From: Endomicrobiales bacterium
GTDB lineage: Bacteria > Elusimicrobiota > Endomicrobiia > Endomicrobiales > JALOBY01
DNA length: 64,000 nucleotides
NCBI GenBank assembly: GCA_023228045.1
Contig: JALOBY010000003.1
Span: 1,294-65,293 of the forward strand
Reading direction: 5' to 3'
How positions within the stretch are numbered: the stretch's first letter is position 1; every line of letters starts with the position of its first letter. Of this stretch, positions 1 through 9,759 are shown piece after piece. The position numbers and the translations under genes were made by a program. The notes under the pieces are model-generated. The model made no database searches, was not told the origin of the DNA, and saw only the letters and a list, made by a program, of their open reading frames with translations.

Positions 1-462
1 AGTAATTGTAAATCCATTTTCTTTAAACAATTTTTCAAGTGAATATTTTGTAAATCTGTAGTAATCATACGGCTCAGCATGTAATTTCCATGTCATAGGT
101 ACAGTGAAAATTCCATAGCCATCTTTTTTTAAAATATTGTGACATTTGGATATAAATTTATTTGTTTCTAAAACATGTTCCAACACTTGATTACAAAGCA
201 ATGTGTCATATTTATTGTCGTAGCTTTTATCTAAATCTAAAAAATTACAATACAAATCAACTTCTGTTTTCTCTTTATAATGTGCCTCATTCTGAATTGG
301 TTCTTCTATTCCAAAGTGACTATCAACATAATCTTTAAAAATGTTTTTGTATGGTTTTGTTCCACATCCTATATCTATTAAGCTCCCTTTAGCATATTTC
401 TTGGATGCTTCAATCATTGATTCTTTTATATTCAACTCTGCTATTTTTACAATGTTATACAC
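1..462 (-). CDS. class I SAM-dependent methyltransferase; 3' end cut by the window edge
   Basis: Not in the ORF track because it runs off the window. Hand translation of the minus strand from GTG 462 (or the in-frame ATG at 417) gives ..KGSLIDIGCGTKPY.. (SAM motif I), ..LLCNQVLEHV.. and ..KKDGYGIFTVP.. The frame stays open to position 1. The gene starts 1 nt after the rfbG stop. Confidence 0.6.
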   Translation of the reverse strand, partial: MYNIVKIAELNIKESMIEASKKYAKGSLIDIGCGTKPYKNIFKDYVDSHFGIEEPIQNEAHYKEKTEVDLYCNFLDLDKSYDNKYDTLLCNQVLEHVLETNKFISKCHNILKKDGYGIFTVPMTWKLHAEPYDYYRFTKYSLEKLFKENGFTIT

Positions 463-463
463 T

Positions 464-1543
464 TTAACGTTTCTCCCCCATATATTTCTTTATCTGTTTT
501 TTTGAAACTTCCAACATGTTGCTATTTTTTGCACATTCTTTGTACCAATCAATAGTGTTTATTACAGACGATTTAAAACCCCATGTTGCATTCCATTGCA
601 ACAAACTGTTTGCTTTATCGCAGTTTAAATGTAAAAGCCCTGCTTCATGAGGAGCATTTTTCTCTTTAATTAAATTGATTTTTCCACTTCCCCACTGCGT
701 TACTGCAAGTTTCACCAAGTCGTGGACAGTTTTGATTGAAGAAAAGTCAGGTCCAAAGTTCCATGAACCAGAGTACTTTTTGGGGTTAGCTAATAGTTTT
801 AAGGCAAGTGTAATATAGCCGGAAAGTGGCTCTAAAACATGCTGCCATGGGCGGGTTGAGTTCGGATTCCTGATAATTATGGTTTTTTTTTGCGAAAGTG
901 CTTTGATAGTGTCTGGTATTATTCTGTTTTCAGACCAGTCGCCACCGCCAATTACATTACCGGCTCTTGCGCTTGCAAAACCAATGTTTGTTTTGTCAAA
1001 AAAAGATTTCTTGTAGGAGTGAATTGCTATTTCTGCCGCGGCCTTTGACGCGCTATAGGGGTCATCACCACCGAACTCATCATTTTCCCTGTATCCCCAA
1101 AGCCACTCTTTATTTTTGTAACACTTATCGGAAGTTATCATTAAAAGTGCTTTCAAGTTCTTTGTTTTTAGTGCCACTTCCATAACATTTACTGAACCGC
1201 TTAGGTTTGTATCAAAGGTTAATTTTGGTTCATTGTATGATTTTCGCACTAATGCTTGTGCCGCAAGATGAAATACAATTTCTGGCTTAATTTTATCAAA
1301 TGTTTTTTGAAGTAAGTCAATTTCTCTAATATCGCCATCGGTGTGGCTAATAATATTTTTAAGCCCAAGTAAATTATAATTACAATATTTCCCCTCTGGT
1401 GGCAGGGCAAAACCATAAACTTTTGCGCCAAGCATTGAAAGCCACAGGGACAGCCATGATCCTTTAAATCCAGTATCGCCTGTTACTAAAACCCTTTTAT
1501 TTTTAAATACACTAAAATTTTTGTTTATCTCCAAATTACCCAT
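464..1543 (-). CDS. rfbG: CDP-glucose 4,6-dehydratase
   Basis: 359 aa. The N-terminus KRVLVTGDTGFKGSWLSLWL, the YSASKAAAE catalytic YxxxK and the overall length are typical of RfbG. It sits adjacent to rfbF. Confidence 0.85.
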   Translation of the reverse strand: MGNLEINKNFSVFKNKRVLVTGDTGFKGSWLSLWLSMLGAKVYGFALPPEGKYCNYNLLGLKNIISHTDGDIREIDLLQKTFDKIKPEIVFHLAAQALVRKSYNEPKLTFDTNLSGSVNVMEVALKTKNLKALLMITSDKCYKNKEWLWGYRENDEFGGDDPYSASKAAAEIAIHSYKKSFFDKTNIGFASARAGNVIGGGDWSENRIIPDTIKALSQKKTIIIRNPNSTRPWQHVLEPLSGYITLALKLLANPKKYSGSWNFGPDFSSIKTVHDLVKLAVTQWGSGKINLIKEKNAPHEAGLLHLNCDKANSLLQWNATWGFKSSVINTIDWYKECAKNSNMLEVSKKQIKKYMGEKR

Positions 1544-2310
1544 GGGGCTTCTCCTTTTGTATAGAGTGAATTAAGTAAAGAATATTCTCTTGCTGTGTCC
1601 ATAGGTTGCCAAAAACCGTTATGCTCAAACATCATAAGCTGTTTTTCTTTTACTAGAGTTTCAATTGGTTCTTTTTCAAATACCAAACCGTCTTGAGTAT
1701 TTAAATAGTTAAAAATTTCTTTTTTACACACAAAAAAACCACCTGAAATTCTGCCACCGGTGGCTTGTGGTTTTTCGTTAAACTCACTAATTACACCATT
1801 TTCATTCGCTACTATCTCACCAAAACGGCCAGGAGGGTTTACACCGCAAACTGTAAGTATTTTACCGTGGCTTTTGTGAAACTTAAGTAGTGCATCTAAA
1901 TCTATATTTCCTACACCATCGCCATAAGTTAGAAAGAAGTTTTCATCATTACCAATATATTTTTGAATCTTCTTTATTCTAGCGCCTGTCATTGTTTGTG
2001 TGCCTGTATCGGCAAGTGTAACCTTCCAATCTGGGTTAACTGCTTTTGTGTGGTAGTCAATTTTACTTTCTTTTCCGATTGTTACTGTAAAGTCCTGAGT
2101 AAAGTTGTGGTAATTTAAGAAAAAATCTTTTATTACATTGCCTTTATACCCGAGGCATAAAATAAAATCATTATGAGCAAAATGAGAGTAGTATTTCATA
2201 ATGTGCCATAAAATTGGATAGTCACCAATTGGTATCATTGGCTTTGGAATATCTTCTGCCACATCCCTAATTCGTGTGCCGAAACCACCACATAATATTA
2301 CTGTTTTCAT
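1525..2310 (-). CDS. rfbF: glucose-1-phosphate cytidylyltransferase
   Basis: 261 aa. MKTVILCGGFGTRIRDV..KPMIPIGDYPILWHIMKYYS..FILCLGYKG matches the RfbF family signature. Confidence 0.88.
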   Translation of the reverse strand: MKTVILCGGFGTRIRDVAEDIPKPMIPIGDYPILWHIMKYYSHFAHNDFILCLGYKGNVIKDFFLNYHNFTQDFTVTIGKESKIDYHTKAVNPDWKVTLADTGTQTMTGARIKKIQKYIGNDENFFLTYGDGVGNIDLDALLKFHKSHGKILTVCGVNPPGRFGEIVANENGVISEFNEKPQATGGRISGGFFVCKKEIFNYLNTQDGLVFEKEPIETLVKEKQLMMFEHNGFWQPMDTAREYSLLNSLYTKGEAPWVIWR

Positions 2311-2328
2311 AGTATTTCTCCTGTAAAA

Positions 2329-2865
2329 TTATTTAATAGCTTGTAAATAAAATGTTAAAGAGTTTAATGGAAACAAATGCGAAAGTTTTGATTCATAAAA
2401 AAATGGTTTTTTCTCTGCCAATTTTATAAGCATTTTATGAAACAATCCAATTTTAGTTTTTAAAAACTCTCTGTCAAACTCAATTCTTTCTACTTTAAAT
2501 CTTACATTTGTGTAACAGTATTTTTTACAGAATAAATGGCTCGGGTCAAAGTAATAAAACCAATTTATTCCAAAAAAACGCTTATGTGTTGGGTCAATTG
2601 TAGCGTAGAAGCTTCTAAAATATGGCACTCCTACATACACCTTTGCTCCGTTTTTGCATATTCTATGTATTTCTTCTATACATTTTAATGGGTTGTCCAT
2701 ATGTTCTAAAACATTGTCTAACCATACTTCACTTGCACAATTTGCTTCAAACGGATACGGAAATTGGTTTAGATTATGCACAACATCCACATTTGGCAAT
2801 GCTATACAATCAATACCTATAAATCCCGTTTTTTTAGATGAACCACAGCCAAAATCAAGCTTCAT
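2329..2865 (-). CDS. SAM-dependent methyltransferase (Methyltransf_11-like)
   Basis: 178 aa. MKLDFGCGSSKK..GIDC is glycine-rich motif I, and ..VLEHMDNP.. is the post-I region. Confidence 0.65.
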   Translation of the reverse strand: MKLDFGCGSSKKTGFIGIDCIALPNVDVVHNLNQFPYPFEANCASEVWLDNVLEHMDNPLKCIEEIHRICKNGAKVYVGVPYFRSFYATIDPTHKRFFGINWFYYFDPSHLFCKKYCYTNVRFKVERIEFDREFLKTKIGLFHKMLIKLAEKKPFFYESKLSHLFPLNSLTFYLQAIK

Positions 2866-2879
2866 TTATTTCTCCATGT

Positions 2880-4427
2880 TTAAACTTGGAGCATTTTTTT
2901 TGTTCTGATTGATTTGTAATAAGCCATTGTTTCATTTCTGAATGTTGGTGAAAGCAATGCATAAATTAATAATGAAATTACAAACAATGTGGCTCCGTAA
3001 AGTATTGTTATTAATAATTGAATTTTTGATTTTGTTGCAATAATAAATGTATTGCTTAAATAACTGCTGAAAAATATTAAAGTTGTTGTTAAAAATAAAG
3101 GGAGCAAATTCTTTAGCACAGTTTTTTTAATTTCCCCAAGCATAAATTTATTTAGTATAAAAAAATACAAGAATGCCATAAGAGTTAAGGTGATTAACTT
3201 AAAAATGGCAAAAACTTTGTATGAATAAACATTAAAGAATAACAATATTCCTACCCAATATATCAGAAGAGATAATAGCATAACATAGTTTGTTGTTTTG
3301 ACCCTTTCTTTTGCCACAAGCAGTGCCCCTGCTGGATATGTAACAAACGACAACGAATAAGCAAAAATAAGAAATTTTGCAATTGCTATAGAATCAACAT
3401 ATTTTTCACCAACCCAGGTAAGAACCAACGGATGCATTAAGGCCAAAATAACACCTATACCAATTACACACAAAGGGATTGTTAGTGTGATTATTTTATT
3501 TATATATTTCATTGTGTTCTTGTCATCTTTTAGTGCCACTAAATGGTTAATTCTTACATAAACAGGGCTAAATAATGTTCCAAAAAGTGATCTAAGAACT
3601 GAGCTTATACTTGCACCTATGGCAAATATTGCAAGGGCACTTGGGCCTATAAATTTACTTATAGCTAAACTGTCCAGTTCATAATACAAAATCCATAGAA
3701 TTGTTCCCAACATTGACCCGAAGGCAAGTTTTTTAGTTTTACTGTATATAACTTTATTGAATTTTGTAGCACTAAATAAAGCGGTTATAGAGTAAGAATA
3801 TTTTTTCTTAACAATAATTAACAAAAATATTGAACTTATAAAAAGAATTAATTGTGTAAAAGCAAAATACTCAACTATTTTGTACTGTCCTTTTGAAAAA
3901 AAATAAAAAATAGATGCAATTTTTATTAAGTTGCTTATTATTAATACTGTTTGTGAAAAGTAATCTTCTAACCGGATTGTAAATATAACTTGCAATACCC
4001 TATTTAATACAATTAGCGGCGCACTTACGGCAAGTATCAAAAAAAGTTTACTTGCTATCGGATACGATGTTGTGCCCTTAATATTTTTTATAAATATTTC
4101 TGGATACTGTGAAATTAAAAAAGCTGCAATTGAGAAAATCAAAGAGCACAAAATCATAATAAAAAGAACAAAACCAATTATATTTATCTCTTCAGATTTA
4201 TTATTTACAGCAATGGTTTCACTGGCATACTTAGTTGCTGCAGTAAGAAAGCCAAAATCGGCATAGGATAGGAATATGGTTGTTGATATGCAAAGAGCGT
4301 AAACGCCGTATATTTGCTGTGAAGATGACAAATACGGCAAAACAATAAATACAGAAATAAAACCGAGCAGTATTGATATAAATTGTATTGAATATATTTT
4401 CAGGTAGTTTTTTGAATATGATTTCAT
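2880..4427 (-). CDS. polysaccharide/O-antigen flippase (MOP/Wzx-like)
   Basis: 515 aa and highly hydrophobic, with roughly 12-14 predicted TM segments. The context is a glycan operon. Confidence 0.65.
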   Translation of the reverse strand: MKSYSKNYLKIYSIQFISILLGFISVFIVLPYLSSSQQIYGVYALCISTTIFLSYADFGFLTAATKYASETIAVNNKSEEINIIGFVLFIMILCSLIFSIAAFLISQYPEIFIKNIKGTTSYPIASKLFLILAVSAPLIVLNRVLQVIFTIRLEDYFSQTVLIISNLIKIASIFYFFSKGQYKIVEYFAFTQLILFISSIFLLIIVKKKYSYSITALFSATKFNKVIYSKTKKLAFGSMLGTILWILYYELDSLAISKFIGPSALAIFAIGASISSVLRSLFGTLFSPVYVRINHLVALKDDKNTMKYINKIITLTIPLCVIGIGVILALMHPLVLTWVGEKYVDSIAIAKFLIFAYSLSFVTYPAGALLVAKERVKTTNYVMLLSLLIYWVGILLFFNVYSYKVFAIFKLITLTLMAFLYFFILNKFMLGEIKKTVLKNLLPLFLTTTLIFFSSYLSNTFIIATKSKIQLLITILYGATLFVISLLIYALLSPTFRNETMAYYKSIRTKKMLQV

Positions 4428-4437
4428 AGAGTATGTT

Positions 4438-5676
4438 TTAATTAATATTTCCCCTTAAAAACTTAACAACTATATCTTTAGACAATAAATTATTTGATTT
4501 TGGTGTTGTAAAATAATCGTTAATATATTTTAAATATAAATCCTCATTTACACTCATATCAAAGTTGTCAAAACAAAAATTATTGTCAATTTCGTTAATA
4601 TTAAATACTTTTCTGCCTAAAGTAGCTGCCATTTTAAAAATGAAAGGTAAATAATTATCCTTGTAAATTTGTTTGTATTCGTTTGTATATAAAAAAAATA
4701 TTGGTTTTCTAAAAAATACAGAAAAACAAACGGAAGTACTCATGTGAGCAAAAACAAATTCAGAGTATTTTATTAGTTCAGCTGTTTTATTTTTAAAAAT
4801 CTTTCTTTTATTAAATGGATTTTCCAAATAATCAGATTTCGGATGAGATGCTATCACAACTTCAACATTAAATTTCTTTTCTATTAAATCAAAAAAGTTA
4901 TTCATAGATTTATAATAATTATCTGCATTTACAGCTGGAATGTTGAACATTTTTAAATCTGGATGATATGGCAAATATTCATCCAAGAAAACACAATATT
5001 TTTTATCTATTAATCTATCATTTTGTTTAACTTTTAATTCTAAATATTTATCATAATCAGAAAAATTAACCTCAACTATTTGTTTTACTTTATCTTTAAA
5101 ATTGTTTTTAACAAGTTCTCCAGTTGTAAAAACAATATCGTAATTTCTTGTATATCCTAACTTTTTCGCGATTTTAGGAACAAGTGAAATAAATCTATTT
5201 TTGAAAAAAAACAATATTTTCAATGGGTTTTTACAAACATTTGATATTTTTTCTGAAAAGCATAAATCTCCGTATATCGGCAATCCATATCTTGCAAAAA
5301 AAGCCGTTTTTAAGTTGTATTTTCTAAATAATCTATGTAATTTAAAAACTTTTAATTCGTATGTAATTAAAATAAAATATAAAGCATCTGAATTGTTTTT
5401 TAAAAAAACCTTCAGGTCTTTATAATTATCAAATTTCAAAATATAATCTGCATTTAATGTGTCTGCTATTTTAAAATCTTTGAAAAAAATCTTAGTGATA
5501 TCTAAATATTTTACATCAAATCCCTCTTCTTTTAATTCATTTAAATAAAAATCTTCATTTAATTTTTTGGTGAGGGACATATAAGAGATAAAATAAATTT
5601 TTTCAAATTTCTTCATTTCTGTATAATGGTTATTAAGTATTTTGCATATATTTTCTGTCTCTGTAATTTTTACCAT
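4438..5676 (-). CDS. uncharacterised protein; candidate GT-B-type CMP-sugar (ulosonic acid) transferase
   Basis: The ORF-track ORF is 4438..5724. I prefer the ATG at 5676 (M17) because GGGAGA lies 5 nt upstream and this start avoids overlap with the rSAM stop. It has ..VFLDEYLPYHPD.., ..VVIASHPKSDY.. (HP motif) and ..AHMSTSVCF.. about 37 aa later. That layout is reminiscent of bacterial sialyl/Kdo/CDP-glycerol-type GT-B transferases. I did not recognise a family with confidence. Confidence 0.35.
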   Translation of the reverse strand: MVKITETENICKILNNHYTEMKKFEKIYFISYMSLTKKLNEDFYLNELKEEGFDVKYLDITKIFFKDFKIADTLNADYILKFDNYKDLKVFLKNNSDALYFILITYELKVFKLHRLFRKYNLKTAFFARYGLPIYGDLCFSEKISNVCKNPLKILFFFKNRFISLVPKIAKKLGYTRNYDIVFTTGELVKNNFKDKVKQIVEVNFSDYDKYLELKVKQNDRLIDKKYCVFLDEYLPYHPDLKMFNIPAVNADNYYKSMNNFFDLIEKKFNVEVVIASHPKSDYLENPFNKRKIFKNKTAELIKYSEFVFAHMSTSVCFSVFFRKPIFFLYTNEYKQIYKDNYLPFIFKMAATLGRKVFNINEIDNNFCFDNFDMSVNEDLYLKYINDYFTTPKSNNLLSKDIVVKFLRGNIN

Positions 5677-5692
5677 TATTTCTCCCATGCGA

Positions 5693-6496
5693 TTAACATC
5701 CTGTCGGGACTCCCCAGAATTCACATTGACTGCATAAGGGGATGCTTTTTCTTTTCCCTTCTATCTGAAGCTTCATCCATTCTTTTCTTTTTGCACTGTT
5801 CCAAATGTCAATTAAAGGCGTCTTTTTGCAATTTCCTATTATGCCAAGCCCTTTAGGGTCAAACCGTACGCAGATTGAAACATCTCCGTTTGTGCGAATA
5901 ACCAGATGATTGAGAAAATCAAGGCATATCCCTATTTCCGGAACCGTGGGATTTCTTTTTTTATACGAAAAACTGCCCATAGGTGAATGGAGTATTCTTG
6001 TGGCAATAATACAATTAAATTTCTTATATTTTTCTATATCTACATCACCCAAGCACCGGATGATGACATTGGGTTTTCTATCATCTTTTATTTTCAGGAA
6101 TTCTTCTATTAACTTATATTGTTCTTCGGCATCTTCATCTTTTTCAAATGTTGATATAGTCAGAGTATCTAAATTTCCTATAATTTCATCGGCTCTTTCC
6201 ACAAGCAATTTGCCGTTGGTATCAGTGCAACGAATCTGCCTTTTAAACAGAGATGCTGCTTCTTTAAACTTAGGATAGAGAAGCGGCTCTCCGTTATCGT
6301 GAAACTGAACAACAATATTATTGGGAAGCTGTTTTGCGATGGATTTAACTAAGTCAAAATCCATATCCCCATATTGCAAAGCCAATTGCGGATAATCTCT
6401 GTCAACTTTTCTTCTGCCACACATCCAGCAATTCTTATTGCAGCGGCTGGTTAATTCAACATTTACGGTTGTTAATCCATTAAAACATTTGTTCAT
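5693..6496 (-). CDS. radical SAM / SPASM-like domain protein
   Basis: It has the CNKNCWMCG (CX3CX2C) cluster near the N-terminus and Cys-rich C-terminal motifs (..ICVRFD.., ..CSQCEFWGVPTGC). The track ORF starts at 6547. I prefer ATG 6496 (M18), which has GGAG 6 nt upstream. Confidence 0.75.
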   Translation of the reverse strand: MNKCFNGLTTVNVELTSRCNKNCWMCGRRKVDRDYPQLALQYGDMDFDLVKSIAKQLPNNIVVQFHDNGEPLLYPKFKEAASLFKRQIRCTDTNGKLLVERADEIIGNLDTLTISTFEKDEDAEEQYKLIEEFLKIKDDRKPNVIIRCLGDVDIEKYKKFNCIIATRILHSPMGSFSYKKRNPTVPEIGICLDFLNHLVIRTNGDVSICVRFDPKGLGIIGNCKKTPLIDIWNSAKRKEWMKLQIEGKRKSIPLCSQCEFWGVPTGC

Positions 6497-6533
6497 GTGC
6501 ATCTCCATTCTAAAACAGCGAAATTTATTTAAT

Positions 6534-7193
6534 CTATTTTTTTCCAAATCCTATCAACATCAGTTCTCTGGACCATCTCAAGAATTTATTTTTTGTTCTT
6601 ACTGGAATAAATGACGATATTGCAGCACAAAAATAATTTAATACCGGATATTTCCAGACAATCGGCAGTTGACGAAATTTGTATACATTAATTTCGCTAA
6701 AACCGTATATTTTATAAATGTCTTCTAACGCATAATTGGTAAAAGGGGTTCTGTGAGAATAATCATCAAAATATATTTTGTAATTTGCTTCCCAATCTGG
6801 AACTAATGTTAAAAATATTCCACCAGGTTTAAGCACACGAAATGCCTCTTTAACAAACTTTTCCGGATAATAAAGATGTTCTATGAACGATTTTGAATAA
6901 ACTATATCAAATGACGAATCAGGAAATGAAATACCCTCTTTTTCAACATCGCAAATTTTTATATCAAGGTCAGGACTGAACTGAGCAGTGCTTTGGGCTA
7001 AATCAATGCCGGTGACCTGCAGCCCTAGATTTTTAAAATGCCTTAAATGCTCCCCTCTCCCGCAACCAGTCTCAAGAAATTTCATCCCGGGTGACATTTT
7101 GAAAGCACTAAACAGATAATGACAAAGTTTTTCCGGATAATCTGTATATGGGCGTTTGCCTTCGTCATAAACCACCGTTATGTAGTCAGGCAT
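6534..7193 (-). CDS. class I SAM-dependent methyltransferase
   Basis: It has FLETGCGRGEHL (motif I) and ..VLKPGGIFL.. The track start at 7304 overlaps the upstream VOC gene. ATG 7193 has GGAGGAG 7 nt upstream and sits 1 nt after the VOC stop. Confidence 0.75.
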   Translation of the reverse strand: MPDYITVVYDEGKRPYTDYPEKLCHYLFSAFKMSPGMKFLETGCGRGEHLRHFKNLGLQVTGIDLAQSTAQFSPDLDIKICDVEKEGISFPDSSFDIVYSKSFIEHLYYPEKFVKEAFRVLKPGGIFLTLVPDWEANYKIYFDDYSHRTPFTNYALEDIYKIYGFSEINVYKFRQLPIVWKYPVLNYFCAAISSFIPVRTKNKFLRWSRELMLIGFGKK

Positions 7194-7194
7194 A

Positions 7195-7629
7195 TTATAA
7201 CTCCTCCACAAGTTCCATGATAACTCCATCTTTGTCACGGCAGTACAACACTTTTGCTTTCCCATCCGGAGACACTTGCGGAACACTGTTACAGTGGTAC
7301 CCATTATTTATTAGTTTTTTATACATTGATTCAATATTTAAAACCGTCAATGCTATGTGCGAACAACCAATTTGGTTTGCGGGAATTGCTTTTGAATTCT
7401 TTTTTAATGCAGGGCGATGATATTTGATAAGTTCTAGAATAAAACCGTTTTTATCTTTAAGTTTTATCCATTCTAAAACCGTGTTTTTTAGACCAACAAC
7501 ATTATCTATATAAAAGCCTTTCTCAACATTGCGTTTCCAAATATTTAATCCTAATATTTTTTTATACAGTTTCAGCGATTGGCTCAAATTTTGAACTACA
7601 ATACCAAAATGCCTGGCTTTTACGGTCAT
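7195..7629 (-). CDS. VOC (glyoxalase/bleomycin-resistance/dioxygenase) family protein
   Basis: 144 aa. The N-terminal ..ARHFGIVVQNLSQSLKLYKKILGL.. and C-terminal ..CSHIALTV.. segments are typical of paired beta-alpha-beta-beta-beta VOC modules. Confidence 0.6.
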   Translation of the reverse strand: MTVKARHFGIVVQNLSQSLKLYKKILGLNIWKRNVEKGFYIDNVVGLKNTVLEWIKLKDKNGFILELIKYHRPALKKNSKAIPANQIGCSHIALTVLNIESMYKKLINNGYHCNSVPQVSPDGKAKVLYCRDKDGVIMELVEEL

Positions 7630-7632
7630 AAA

Positions 7633-9012
7633 TTATCCCTTATTTACTTCTATAATAGATTCTTCAAAAACCAAAAGCCCTTCCAACAGAGCTTCTTGTG
7701 TAATAACAAGCGGTGGAGCAAGCTTTATGGATTCTCTTCCTGTATGAACTACAAGAAGCCCTTTATGCATACAAGTTTCAGCTATTTTATCGCATAAATT
7801 TGTCAAAGGCTTTCTTTCAGGCGTATTGAAAATAACACCAGCGACAAGCCCCATACCCAAAATGTCGCTGATTATATCTGGATAACGATTCTTTATTTCA
7901 TTAAGTTTTTGATGAAAAAGCTTCCCCAACACTTCTGCGTTTTTCATTATACCGTCTTCAAGTATTGCCTGAAGATTCGCTTTTCCTGCGGCGCAAACCA
8001 TAGGATTAGCCGAATGAGTTGAACTCATAGAACCTATTTCAGGCAAATCCATAATTTCTTTTCTGCCTAGAACTATTGATAAAGGCATACTGGAACTTGC
8101 GCCTTTTCCACAGCAAAGTATATCCGGCTCAACCCCGTAGTGCATATAACCAAAAAGCTTTCCTGTTCTGCCAAAACCCGCCTGCATCTCATCAAAAGCA
8201 AGCAGCATATTATTTTCGCGGGCAAATTTTTCCACTTCCTGGACAAACTCGGGAGGGTAACAAACTGCTCCGTATCCTTGAAATGTTTCTAACATAAACC
8301 CGCAAAGATCTTCCTTGGGTGATATCCCCTTTTCTTTTAGGAGTTTTTCTATATTATCCCTAAAATATGCTTTTGGATTTTTTATCGCTTCTTTTCGCCA
8401 CGGATAAGGAAAAGGAAGATGGTAAATATTGGGGTCTAAATAGCCAATCCACTCTTTTTGAGCAGGATTATAACTCATCATCTGAGCACCCATTGTTCTT
8501 CCATGCCAATTACCTTCAAATGCAATTATCCCCAACCTCTTTTTTCCTTTTTTCTGGCCATACATACGCATAAGTTTTAGCCCGGTTTCGGTTGCTTCGG
8601 TTCCGGCCGATATGAGGTATGCTTTTTCAAACTGATTGGGGGTATTCTTGATAAGATATTCCAGATAATCTGACCGTTCCTCACTGGCATATGTATATGT
8701 ATGAAGGAGTGGCTTTTGAAGGACTTTTTTCAGTGCTTTAATTATCCTGGGATTTCCGTGTCCGGCATTAGCAACAAAAATAGTGCTCGTAAAATCTATC
8801 CAGGTATTTCCCCACGCGTCGGACACCTGAAAACCTTTTGCTTTATGCCAGACAACCGGAAGCTGTCCATGCATTGAAATGGATTCGTACTTATCAAGGT
8901 TCTCAAGGATCTTCAGGCTCTCAGGAACCGGAAGCTTCGTTTTAATTGTCCTGTATTTAGTTTTTACTTTTGGAACTTCACGGGGGACAATATTAAATCT
9001 GAATCCAGACAT
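7633..9012 (-). CDS. class III PLP-dependent aminotransferase
   Basis: 459 aa. It has ..SAGTEATETGLKLMR.., ..AFDEMQAGFGRTGKLF.. and ..CCGKGASSSMPLS.. (PLP lysine region). Confidence 0.8.
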   Translation of the reverse strand: MSGFRFNIVPREVPKVKTKYRTIKTKLPVPESLKILENLDKYESISMHGQLPVVWHKAKGFQVSDAWGNTWIDFTSTIFVANAGHGNPRIIKALKKVLQKPLLHTYTYASEERSDYLEYLIKNTPNQFEKAYLISAGTEATETGLKLMRMYGQKKGKKRLGIIAFEGNWHGRTMGAQMMSYNPAQKEWIGYLDPNIYHLPFPYPWRKEAIKNPKAYFRDNIEKLLKEKGISPKEDLCGFMLETFQGYGAVCYPPEFVQEVEKFARENNMLLAFDEMQAGFGRTGKLFGYMHYGVEPDILCCGKGASSSMPLSIVLGRKEIMDLPEIGSMSSTHSANPMVCAAGKANLQAILEDGIMKNAEVLGKLFHQKLNEIKNRYPDIISDILGMGLVAGVIFNTPERKPLTNLCDKIAETCMHKGLLVVHTGRESIKLAPPLVITQEALLEGLLVFEESIIEVNKG

Positions 9013-9759
9013 TCACTTACTCCCTTTTGGAAAATTCATTTTTAGAAAGTTTAAAAGAACACTCCCCTTACTTTTTATCTCGTATTCAAGATATTCAAAA
9101 TCTTCCGAAGAATCTACTTCGGTACAGAAAGGTGAAATAAAACCGATCATTTTATCACCATGAAGAATTTTATTGTTCATAATAAACGATGCTTTAAGAA
9201 TATCTACATATCCGTCCGGCACATATGCATCAGGAAAAACCTGGCGAGGATCGTTAAGTTTATCATTCCTTAATCCATTCATAAGGGAGGTAAAAAATCC
9301 TTCTTCATTTTTCTTAAACCATTTAAACGGAGATTCCGGCGCTTTATGAGCGGAACGCAGCGAAGTTGAGTTTGATTTAACGATTATATCGCTGATTGCC
9401 ATATCAATTATCATAGGGTTACGAAGCGGAGTTGTTGGCCGTAAATGCACCCAATAATCAGGAATTCCCTTTTCGTTATCCATAAACCAACTAAGTGCAT
9501 GAATCATAAAATCAAGATCTGTTGATTTATCTTGAGCCAATGCTGAAGGACGCATGAATGGAACTTCAGCACCAAATTTCTTACAAATGGCAGCAATTTC
9601 ATCGGAATCCGTAGATATTATTATTCTTTCAATCTTTTTTGAAAGTTTTGCCGCCGCAACGGAATAAGCAATCAAAGGATAACCGGCAAGTAAGCGTATA
9701 TTTTTGCCGGGCACACCTTTTGAACCGCCACGGGCAGGTATTATTGCAACTATACTCAT
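9013..9759 (-). CDS. acylneuraminate (CMP-ulosonic acid) cytidylyltransferase family protein
   Basis: 248 aa. MSIVAIIPARGGSKGVPGKNIRLLAGYPLIAYS is the NeuA/KdsB-type CTP_transf_3 N-terminus. It has a 4-nt overlap with the upstream synthase gene. Confidence 0.8.
   Translation of the reverse strand: MSIVAIIPARGGSKGVPGKNIRLLAGYPLIAYSVAAAKLSKKIERIIISTDSDEIAAICKKFGAEVPFMRPSALAQDKSTDLDFMIHALSWFMDNEKGIPDYWVHLRPTTPLRNPMIIDMAISDIIVKSNSTSLRSAHKAPESPFKWFKKNEEGFFTSLMNGLRNDKLNDPRQVFPDAYVPDGYVDILKASFIMNNKILHGDKMIGFISPFCTEVDSSEDFEYLEYEIKSKGSVLLNFLKMNFPKGSK

Noticed and set aside
841-900. Homopolymer tracts of 8-9 A/T (for example T9 at about 883-891 in rfbG, and others at about 17517-17525 and 57243-57250) as phase-variation switches.
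   Set aside because: Runs of this length are expected in a genome this AT-rich. They occur in housekeeping genes as well as glycan genes, and all the frames are intact.
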